Part shown: in pieces, positions 1-7,899 of the stretch | How positions within the stretch are numbered: the first letter of the stretch is position 1 | Layout of the letters: each line of letters begins with the position of its first letter | Sequence record: SRR20825006_2619 | DNA length: 64,000 bases | Strand: one strand, 5' to 3' | Position numbers and translations under genes: made by a program | The notes under the pieces: model-generated | What the model was told of the DNA's origin: nothing | What the model saw: the letters and a program-made list of their open reading frames with translations, nothing else | Databases searched by the model: none

Positions 1-154
1 AAAATTGCGTTTCGGGTTTGAATTCACACCCCCCGGTCGCCTTTGATCGCAAAGTCGCGAAAGTAGCCGCAACGGAAGACATTTGAATTGCAGGTGAAAA
101 CCACATCGTAGCGGGGAGTTTTGGTGGCACCGATCGCTGCAATCATTGACTGTA

Positions 155-805
155 TTATGGTTCAGAACTTCGCGAGTGTCGGGTTACGTACAGAAGATCC
201 TCGTCTGGGGCATAGAACAGTTGAGCGGTATCAGTACGAAACGCAAGCTGGTTCACGTATTCATCATCGAGGAAACTGGTGAGTTGTGGAAAGCGGTCAT
301 CGGGAAAGAGTGACGCAAATCTGTCGCTCGTGATTGATCGAATCCATTCATCTCCACTGGCGATTTGTTCCATATCAGCCCGTGACATCGAAAGTTTAGC
401 GTGAACGAAAAAGCCATCGTTGAACGTGTCGTGTTGTTTTAAAGCGAGAATCGTTGTGGTGGCAGGAAGCTCTTGACCCAAGGCCCATGAAGCACGGGCT
501 GATGGCGTGGAATGACGCAGTTCCAGCCCGAAGAAGAGGGCATAGCAACCTGCCCCAATGATGAGTGCAAGACGTGGTTTCCCTCGATCGGCCAAGCAAT
601 TGAACGGCATCGTTGAAACAAATCCAATTGCCATTAGGATCGGAAACCCGATGACGGACCAGCCCGATGCGGATAGTCCCCAGAGGAATGCCCCGGGGTA
701 GTAATCCATGTTCGACATTCCGAGGCCGGACAAAATTGCAAAAGCGATCGACCCGATGACGGTCCAGAGCCAGCGATTTCGATTGGATTTTAGATTCGCG
801 TTCAT
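155..805 (-). CDS. Hypothetical membrane protein (about 3 N-terminal TM helices, soluble C-terminal domain)
   Basis: C-terminal part of the 386-aa ORF. From MNANLKS (ATG 805) it has hydrophobic segments (WLWTVIGSIAFAILSGLG, WSVIGFPILMAIGFV, LALIIGAGCYALFFGL). The upstream extension looks non-coding. Confidence 0.6.
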   Translation of the reverse strand: MNANLKSNRNRWLWTVIGSIAFAILSGLGMSNMDYYPGAFLWGLSASGWSVIGFPILMAIGFVSTMPFNCLADRGKPRLALIIGAGCYALFFGLELRHSTPSARASWALGQELPATTTILALKQHDTFNDGFFVHAKLSMSRADMEQIASGDEWIRSITSDRFASLFPDDRFPQLTSFLDDEYVNQLAFRTDTAQLFYAPDEDLLYVTRHSRSSEP

Positions 806-1452
806 CAGTACGGATGTGCGAGCATTGAATCGGGGCGTTGGTTGGTGCCGCGCAGCGCGTTGGCACCCTGCTGTATCAGCGACGAGCGATTGAGCTTTCC
901 CCGTCGGATGGCGTACCGCGTCATTGACTCGGGATTGTGCAGTCAACCGATACAGAAATTCTCGCAGGCAGCAGCTGTCCCAGTTCACCTGATATTGGCG
1001 TGGTATTGTTTGGTGATATCCTGCTGTGCTTTTGCCGGTCTCTTTCTTGGAGACAGTGTAACAAATCGATTTCGAACGATAGAGAGTGCGAAACGAGGGC
1101 AAGTCCAGGGAAGTAACAGACCGCAACACGCTGAAAAAAAGTCGGGACTCGCACGGTTGTCTCGCCAGGCAAAGCATTGCGGGGAAATCGAAGGGGACAG
1201 GAGCGTGAAGGAGTTCATGCGTCGACTGATGATACCCATCCCTTTTGACCGCTCTTCGGCCGCCGCAGGATTGTTGTGATGTCGATCGCATGTCTAAGGC
1301 AATAATCGCTAGCAAGCCCGGAGCAGTTTTGGAGCAGGTTCGCCACCTGGGTCCGAGTCTCTGCGTGATGACGCGTGAGCATGGTGGTGTAAGGGATGCC
1401 CGAGTAAACAGGCCCGGTCTCGATCATGAGTCTGTTTTGGTCCGTCGCGAAG

Positions 1453-1953
1453 CTAGGCACCTATGAACGAAAGAAGGATTGCGATTGCAAGGCAAACAAC
1501 AGCACCACAAATGGCGAAAGCGAAGAACGAGATCGTGTAGTACAACGAAGCCAGCGATACCGCGTCGCCAAATGCCATGAGCTGATCGTCGCTCTTTGCT
1601 TGAATGATTCTTCGAAAAATCACTGCCGTCAGCATCAAACCAAAGATAATGCTGTATAGGAAGAATGTTGGGCCATACTGAAATGGTAAACTGTTCATCT
1701 GGAAAGAATCGTCTGCCAGAAGTCGGAATGACAGTCCATGGTTGAAGCCCACTGCCAGGTTGATTGACGCAACGACCAAACCGGAAACGAGCGAACAACG
1801 AAAGGCAGTCCAATAAGGTATGTCTGCAAAATTGAGCCATGTTGCAGCGAGTCTGAGCCAGATCGCACCTACCAAGCTTCCGATCCCGGCGCCGAGTGCA
1901 AAGCCTACCAACCCTCCAAGCATTTTGAGCGCGAAAAGCAAACTGTCATCCAT
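1453..1953 (-). CDS. Hypothetical multi-pass membrane protein
   Basis: MDDSLLFALKMLGGLVGF... has four or more long hydrophobic stretches. Start placed at the internal ATG 1953. Confidence 0.7.
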   Translation of the reverse strand: MDDSLLFALKMLGGLVGFALGAGIGSLVGAIWLRLAATWLNFADIPYWTAFRCSLVSGLVVASINLAVGFNHGLSFRLLADDSFQMNSLPFQYGPTFFLYSIIFGLMLTAVIFRRIIQAKSDDQLMAFGDAVSLASLYYTISFFAFAICGAVVCLAIAILLSFIGA

Positions 1954-2072
1954 CGTAGTATCCAGGTTGTATGGAATTGGGAGAAAAGGGGTGGCTTGTA
2001 TATTCAGTAAACGCACACCAGGGGCCATGTGCAGGCAATCGGTATCCGCCTCATCAGGGGCGAGTATGACTG

Positions 2073-2432
2073 TCAGAAAGGATCGGGAAGTTCGATGTCA
2101 TTGGGAATGCGATCGTGTTGCGAAATGACACTGATCAATTCCTCGAAATAGCGGCAAGCAACGGTAGGAGCAATTCTCGCGTCATCGAGAACAGGGAATG
2201 CTCCGGAAAAGTCGAACTCTTCGGCATGAGGAAACCGTCTGTGTTTCGAAATGAAGGCACGCAGCTTTCGGAGTCGCGGAATGATGGCACGGGCCGATGT
2301 TTCACCAGGCGAGATTGGGGCTCCGGCCTGAATTGCACAAGATTCGCAAAGCCACTTCGATCGACCGTTTCCATCGAGTTCACAAGTTTTGATGTGAATG
2401 GTCGTTTCTGCTCCGCAGGATTCGCAATTCAT
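2073..2432 (-). CDS. Small protein with McsA-like N-terminal CxxC...CxxC zinc finger
   Basis: MNCESCGAETTIHIKTC...WLCESCA has the spacing of the McsA N-terminal finger. No UVR domain follows. Confidence 0.6.
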   Translation of the reverse strand: MNCESCGAETTIHIKTCELDGNGRSKWLCESCAIQAGAPISPGETSARAIIPRLRKLRAFISKHRRFPHAEEFDFSGAFPVLDDARIAPTVACRYFEELISVISQHDRIPNDIELPDPF

Positions 2433-2512
2433 GGCTGTCGATGCTGGTTGGGGAACACCACAAACGCGGCGGAGTGGCGTTACTCCTCCGCATCGTCCTG
2501 GTTTGCCACATT

Positions 2513-2773
2513 CTAAGAGGAATGAGACTGGCGGGGTGATGCGGCAATGAATGCAGCGATGCCGACCAGCGATATCGGAATCACAATGCCCCAAAAAACA
2601 TTAAACGCGTAGGAGTCTCGCGACGTTGCAACGATCCTGTTGGAGCTGCCGACCGGAATGATGACCAAGTTTCGTTTTCCGACGTAGTCAGCAGTTCCGG
2701 TGTAAGCGTGGCCAGTCGAAACATTGCAGAAAATGGTGAGCAGCATGACTGCGACGAGCAGCACTGTGATCAC
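2513..2773 (-). CDS. Small hypothetical two-TM membrane protein (start uncertain)
   Basis: Hydrophobic VITVLLVAVMLLTIF and FWGIVIPISLVGIAAFIAA flank a short loop. It lies directly downstream of the YTV gene. Confidence 0.45.
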   Translation of the reverse strand: MITVLLVAVMLLTIFCNVSTGHAYTGTADYVGKRNLVIIPVGSSNRIVATSRDSYAFNVFWGIVIPISLVGIAAFIAASPRQSHSS

Positions 2774-2832
2774 GGCGATCGCAAAGGAACCGTTGCGAAC
2801 GCCAAAAGGTCTAAATGCCCGAAGATACCTGC

Positions 2833-3288
2833 TTAGTCCAGGATCCGTTCTTCTCGCACCATCCGTGTGACCGTGTACGAGATGTTCTTGGTTCTCTGTT
2901 CGGGAACCATTTTGCAGACCGTGAAGTTGACGGTCTTTTCTTTGGGTTGCGGCACCATCTTGCAAACCGTGTATTGGGTGGTTTGCCCCGTCGCATCATC
3001 CCGTTTGGTTCGGGTTTCATGCACTGGCGTCATTTGCGTGTAATGAACGGTCTTGGTGCGTTGTTCGTAAACGGGCTTGGTTACGGTGTAGTGGACCGTT
3101 TTCTCTCGCTGTTCTCGGACTGGCCGCGTCACGAAATAGGTCGCAGGTTCTGCGGGTGAGACAGTGGTGCTCGCCGCCGCCATTGGCATGGAAGCAGTTT
3201 CATCGCGAGCGTCCCGAATCCCGGCGAAGACGACCAGGGCGAAAGAAGATGCAACAAGTGCGATGCAGTGCGATTTGCGGATTCTCAC
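2833..3288 (-). CDS. Secreted YTV-repeat protein (planctomycete YTV family)
   Basis: GTG start with AAGGA upstream and a signal-like N-terminus. Six ~16-aa repeats with a Y/F-T-V-x-K/R-P/M-V-x-E core. Confidence 0.75.
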   Translation of the reverse strand: MRIRKSHCIALVASSFALVVFAGIRDARDETASMPMAAASTTVSPAEPATYFVTRPVREQREKTVHYTVTKPVYEQRTKTVHYTQMTPVHETRTKRDDATGQTTQYTVCKMVPQPKEKTVNFTVCKMVPEQRTKNISYTVTRMVREERILD

Positions 3289-3479
3289 GGCCTGTTCCTT
3301 GCGTTCGGAATTGCGATCCACCGGTTTATCGACCAATGAGATAGATTGGGTGAAGAGCATTTCGGCCGATGGTGCGATTTCGGCAACGTCCCAGACTTGT
3401 CCGGCCAAAGTCGTTTTTTCTGATGGAGCGAGTCGAAGAAGCCGCGTTCGTTTCATGTGTACGTGCTTAGAGACTTCGA

Positions 3480-3713
3480 ATGACAAAGCGAATCTGCCCA
3501 GATTGCAATGGGGAAATGGAGAAGGGGTTTGTTCCCGATTTTTCCGACGGGACGGCTATGGTTGCGTGTTGGCATCCTGGTGTGCCTGAGAATCAAACCT
3601 TGATGGGCTTGCAGGTGAGTCGTGGGGCAATCAAGCACGACCGCAATGAATTGAAACCCATCACCACCTATCGGTGTGTAGCGTGTGGTTCATTGCGTTT
3701 CTATGCGAGTTGA
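3480..3713 (+). CDS. Small zinc-ribbon protein (PF20097/DUF6487-like)
   Basis: CPDCNGEMEKGF...W.PG...YRCVACG pattern, 77 aa. Confidence 0.75.
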   Translation: MTKRICPDCNGEMEKGFVPDFSDGTAMVACWHPGVPENQTLMGLQVSRGAIKHDRNELKPITTYRCVACGSLRFYAS

Positions 3714-3773
3714 AAGCAGGGGGATGTCAATGGTCTGTCAAGTCACAGAGAGACGCCTTCGGGGGTGCCTCAA

Positions 3774-3848
3774 ATGAACGGTCCATTCAAACTCGTCCTC
3801 ATTGTTGCCGTCTGCTGCGTTTGCGTGATTTTGGCGGTCGTGAAATAA
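3774..3848 (+). CDS. Candidate 24-aa hydrophobic small protein MNGPFKLVLIVAVCCVCVILAVVK
   Basis: ATG 3774 to TAA 3848, with GGGGGT SD-like sequence upstream. One TM-length hydrophobic core flanked by Lys. Below the ORF-track size cutoff. Confidence 0.4.
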   Translation: MNGPFKLVLIVAVCCVCVILAVVK

Positions 3849-4127
3849 GGTTGCCATCGCTCTCATCCACCGAAACCAGCCATTGCGGATGCGACGGTCC
3901 GTGGCGTGATCGACACAGTTGTCAAATGAGTCAAGTGGCATTGGCTCTGAAGCTGTGTTGAATGCAATCACAGCCTGGAAGCCTATGCCACTTTGTTCAG
4001 GGTTTGGAAGGCGTTCGGTGGCGGTTGTAGTGGATGGTTGGGTTGCCGCGACTCTGCCGATAGCGGGGTGAGCAATTCGCCTTTGGTTTGTGCACGCTCG
4101 TGACTGGCGGCTTGGTAAAATGGTGGC

Positions 4128-6512
4128 ATGAAAAGAATGTCCCTTCATCGAGCTCTTCAGCCTGCCTTGCGCCGCCGTTCTATTCGAGTTCCTCAAGCGT
4201 TTGGCGTTTTCCGATTTGAATGGCTCGCTTGCCTTGCCGTGGTGATCGTTTCTTTCGTTGGTGTTGGCACCGGCGCGATGGCGGATGAGCTTGCCAGTGA
4301 AGTTAAGTTCCGCGAGCAGTTGTTGCCGTTGTTGCGGACTTACTGCTACGACTGCCATGGTGCCGAAGACGGTGAAGGCGGCGTTTCATTGGAAGCAGAT
4401 GACACGGCGGTGAAGTTGGTCCAAGGTCGTGACCACTGGATGCGGGCTCTGGCGCAAGTCCGTTTAGGTACCATGCCACCGGCGGATTCCGAAGTGATGG
4501 GTCCATCCAGTCGGACTCGGATGGTCGAGCTGATTGATGAGTTGGCCAATGCGATTGATTGCGTGCAAAATCCCAACGCCGGCAAAGTCACTCTGCGGCG
4601 ACTGAATCGTGCCGAGTATCGCAATACGATTCGCGATTTGGTGGGAGTCGATTACGCGCCCGCGGATGATTTTCCCGGCGACGACGTTGGCTACGGATTC
4701 GACAACATTGGTGATGTGCTCTCGTTGCCACCTCTGCTGATGGAGAAGTACCTCGATGCGGCCGAGACGATCATGGGCGAAGCGATCTACACGCCGCCAC
4801 CGCCTGAACTGTTTGAGTTGGAACGTTCTCCGGCGACCTTGATTGGGGCGGACAAGTTCAATGTCCGGAGCCATTTGGTGATGTCATCCAACGGCACGGT
4901 CACGCTGCAGTTTGATGCTCCGTTCAGCGGGACCTACACGTTGGTGCTGAGTCTAAGTGGAGACCAAGGCGGCGATGAACCGGTTCGAGTGGAAGTCACG
5001 GACGGGCGACGAGCGATTCCCGTGGAGGTGAAAGAGAGCGAGCCATCGGACAAGACGGTCGCGTTTCGATTGGGGAAAGGCACCCGCCAAATCGACATCT
5101 CGTTTTTGAATGACTACTACGTCAAAGACAAGATCGACCGCAACCTGCACGTTCATCATGTGAAGGTGAGCGGTGTCGAGCAACGCAGTCAATTTGTTTC
5201 TTCCCCGGACGTGCCGGTCACTCATCGGGTGCTGTTGTTTGAGACCGCGGGCAACGACGATGAATTCGTAGATGCCGCGAAAGCAGTGTTGGGGCGATTT
5301 GCGAGCCGGGCTTATCGGCGGCCGATTGGCAAGTCAGAGCTGGGTCGTTTGGTTGATTTGGCGTCGCAGGTTCACGAAAACGGTGGTTCGTTTGAAGAGA
5401 GCATGCAGGTTGCGATGCAAGCCGTGCTGGTTTCGCCGTACTTCTTGTTTCGAGTCGAACGCCCGCGGAAGCCAGGCCCAGATGGTGTGATGCCGCTGAT
5501 CAACCAATATGAGTTGGCAACCCGGATTTCGTACTTTCTGTGGAGCAGTATGCCGGACGACGAGCTGTTGCGAATGGCACATCGTGGTCAGCTTCGTGAT
5601 CGCCGAATGTTGCTGGAGAAAGTCGGGCGGATGATCAAGAGCCCCAAGGCGAGTCGCTTCGTCGATAACTTTGCCTCGCAGTGGTTGCAGCTTCGCAACC
5701 TGGAAATCGTCCAGCCTGATACTCGTATCTATCGTGGTTTCGACGATGAAGTTCGCGAAGCGATGCGGGTGGAGACGTTGATGTTCTTTTCGGAGGTGAT
5801 GCGAAACAATTTGCCCGTGACGGAATTGCTGAGTGCCGACTTCACTTACATGAACGAAACGCTCGCGAAGTTTTATGGCATCAATGACGTTCGTGGCAAT
5901 GAATTTCGAAAGGTGTCTTTGTCGGGAACACCCCGAGGAGGATTGCTGACCCACGCCAGTGTTTTGACCGTGACCAGCAACCCAACGCGAACCAGTCCCG
6001 TGAAGCGAGGGAAATGGATCCTCGACAATCTGCTCAACACTCCTCCTCCGCCGGCGCCGCCGAATATCCCGGAGCTCGAGAAGGGGAAGCTGGTCGGTTC
6101 GCTTCGGGAACGCATGGAGCAGCATCGGTCCAATCCAGCCTGTGCGGCCTGTCACAACATGATGGATCCGTTGGGGTTTGCGCTCGAGAATTTTGATGCC
6201 GTGGGGCGTTGGCGAACGCGTGATGGACGTGACGAGATTGACGCCAGTGGTTCGATGCCCGACGGGACCTCGTTTGACGGTATCAATGGGCTGCGAGATT
6301 TGTTGACGTCGCAGCGAAGCGAGCAGTTTGTTCGATGTTTGGCTGAGAAGATGTTGATCTACGCGTTGGGTCGTGGAACGGAATATTACGACAAGTGTGC
6401 ACTCGACAAGATCACGGCAGATGTTCGTGCGCACGATTACAAATTCGCTTACTTGATCGCAGCGATCATCCAGAGCGATCCTTTTCAGAAGCAAGGGTAT
6501 CGAGAACCATGA
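4128..6512 (+). CDS. DUF1592-family protein (N-terminal planctomycete cytochrome c, DUF1587/1595/1592/1588/1585)
   Basis: CYDCH and CAACH heme motifs, RRLNRAEYRNTIRDL, ELATRISYFLWSSMPD, TSPVKRGKW, LGFALENFDAVGRWR. Confidence 0.9.
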   Translation: MKRMSLHRALQPALRRRSIRVPQAFGVFRFEWLACLAVVIVSFVGVGTGAMADELASEVKFREQLLPLLRTYCYDCHGAEDGEGGVSLEADDTAVKLVQGRDHWMRALAQVRLGTMPPADSEVMGPSSRTRMVELIDELANAIDCVQNPNAGKVTLRRLNRAEYRNTIRDLVGVDYAPADDFPGDDVGYGFDNIGDVLSLPPLLMEKYLDAAETIMGEAIYTPPPPELFELERSPATLIGADKFNVRSHLVMSSNGTVTLQFDAPFSGTYTLVLSLSGDQGGDEPVRVEVTDGRRAIPVEVKESEPSDKTVAFRLGKGTRQIDISFLNDYYVKDKIDRNLHVHHVKVSGVEQRSQFVSSPDVPVTHRVLLFETAGNDDEFVDAAKAVLGRFASRAYRRPIGKSELGRLVDLASQVHENGGSFEESMQVAMQAVLVSPYFLFRVERPRKPGPDGVMPLINQYELATRISYFLWSSMPDDELLRMAHRGQLRDRRMLLEKVGRMIKSPKASRFVDNFASQWLQLRNLEIVQPDTRIYRGFDDEVREAMRVETLMFFSEVMRNNLPVTELLSADFTYMNETLAKFYGINDVRGNEFRKVSLSGTPRGGLLTHASVLTVTSNPTRTSPVKRGKWILDNLLNTPPPPAPPNIPELEKGKLVGSLRERMEQHRSNPACAACHNMMDPLGFALENFDAVGRWRTRDGRDEIDASGSMPDGTSFDGINGLRDLLTSQRSEQFVRCLAEKMLIYALGRGTEYYDKCALDKITADVRAHDYKFAYLIAAIIQSDPFQKQGYREP

Positions 6513-7867
6513 GTCAATCGCCTCGTACTTTGTCGCGACGTTTTGTTCTTCGTGGGGTGGGAACCGCGGTGGCATTGCCATTGTTGGATGTGATGAGTCC
6601 CACTCGGTTGTTGGCGGCCACATCAGATGGTGGACCGCCACCATTGCGAATGGGGTTTTTCTATGTGCCCAACGGCATGCACATGCCTGCATGGACACCA
6701 CAGAAAGAGGGCCGCGGATTTGAATTGACGCCGACGTTGCAAAAGCTGGCTGAGAACAAAGATTCGATCAGCGTGTTGTCTGGGTTGACCTTGGACGGAG
6801 CCCGGGCGCATGGCGATGGAGGCGGTGACCATGCACGCAGTGTGGCAGCATTCCTGACAGGCGCTCACCCTCGGAAGACCAACGGGGCCGACATTCAAAA
6901 TGGTGTCTCGGTCGACCAGGTTGCGGCCCAATATGTCGGCGATCGAACCCGGTTTGCTTCTTTGGAATTGGGCTTGGAAGCGAGCAGTCAGGCTGGCAAT
7001 TGTGACAGCGGATACAGTTGCGCTTACGCATCGAACATGTCATGGCGTGGCCCGACCAATCCGATGGCCAAAGAGACTGATCCTCGGGCCTTGTTCGACC
7101 GATTGTTCGCGGGGCAAACGGTGAAGGAGACAAGGCGGGCCAAAAGCGAGCGAGAGAAGTATCGAAAGAGCATCTTGGATTTTGTCTCGGAGGATGCGAG
7201 GCGTTTGCATGCTCATCTGCCGATTGTCGATCGTCGCAAGTTGGACGAGTACCTGTATTCCATCCGAGATGTCGAGAAGCGATTGGACGGTGCGGAAAAG
7301 CTGGGGCTGACAGAAGAAGGCGTGCCGGATTACCCGCGACCCAGTGGCGTGCCTCAGGAGTTGTCTCGGCACAGCGATCTGATGATGGATATGGTCACGC
7401 TCGCGTACCAAACCGATAGCACACGGATTTTGTCGTTCATGTTCACCAACGCGGGAAGCAATCGGGCTTACAAAGAGATCGGCGTCAACGAAGGGCACCA
7501 TGAGCTTTCGCACCACGGCAAGAGCGAGCACAAGCAGGCTGAGATTTCGAAGATCAATTCGTTCCATGTGGAGCGATTCAATTACCTGCTGTCGCGATTG
7601 AAGCTGATTCGCGAGGGCGATGGATCGCTACTGGATCACTGCATGATTGTTTATGGCAGCGGGATCAGTGACGGAGACCGGCACAATCACGATGACTTGC
7701 CGATTCTGTTGGCCGGAGGCGGTGGCGGACGCATTCATGCTGGCCAGCATGTTCGGTACAAAAATGGAACTCCGCTATGCAATCTTTATCTGTGGATGAT
7801 GAAGCAGATGGGCGCGAACGCCGACAGTTTTGGCGACAGCAACGGAGTGTTGCAGGGATTGGGGTGA
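6509..7867 (+). CDS. DUF1552 (HxxSHH) Tat-exported protein
   Basis: ATGA overlap with the upstream gene. Tat motif LSRRFVLRG, HHELSHH motif, CDSGYSCAY. Confidence 0.9.
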   Translation: MSQSPRTLSRRFVLRGVGTAVALPLLDVMSPTRLLAATSDGGPPPLRMGFFYVPNGMHMPAWTPQKEGRGFELTPTLQKLAENKDSISVLSGLTLDGARAHGDGGGDHARSVAAFLTGAHPRKTNGADIQNGVSVDQVAAQYVGDRTRFASLELGLEASSQAGNCDSGYSCAYASNMSWRGPTNPMAKETDPRALFDRLFAGQTVKETRRAKSEREKYRKSILDFVSEDARRLHAHLPIVDRRKLDEYLYSIRDVEKRLDGAEKLGLTEEGVPDYPRPSGVPQELSRHSDLMMDMVTLAYQTDSTRILSFMFTNAGSNRAYKEIGVNEGHHELSHHGKSEHKQAEISKINSFHVERFNYLLSRLKLIREGDGSLLDHCMIVYGSGISDGDRHNHDDLPILLAGGGGGRIHAGQHVRYKNGTPLCNLYLWMMKQMGANADSFGDSNGVLQGLG

Positions 7868-7899
7868 TCGCCGAGTTGACCCATCGGGCAAGTGAATGC

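Noticed and set aside
844..868. Bulged hairpin GGTGCCGCGC-A-GCGC-GTT-GGCACC upstream of an orphan gene, as a possible integron attC
   Set aside because: Too short, with no matching RYYYAAC/GTTRRRY ends and no integrase in the window.
924..946. Inverted repeat TTGACT-N11-AGTCAA as a transcription factor site
   Set aside because: Single 6-bp arms can arise by chance, and there is no second copy or candidate regulator.
806..1315. N-terminal 170-aa extension of the 386-aa ORF and other ORFs in this gap
   Set aside because: Composition looks non-coding and no motifs are recognisable.
2466..2491. Hairpin between two small co-oriented genes, as a possible attC site
   Set aside because: The R boxes are not convincing and the other spacers lack a similar element. 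It is more simply a terminator or stability hairpin.
5334..6701. 455-aa antisense ORF and many similar long shadow ORFs (e.g. 11246-12145, 28866-29678, 54369-55217, 61697-62533)
   Set aside because: They lie opposite well-supported genes, show no motifs, and are expected from codon bias in GC-rich DNA.
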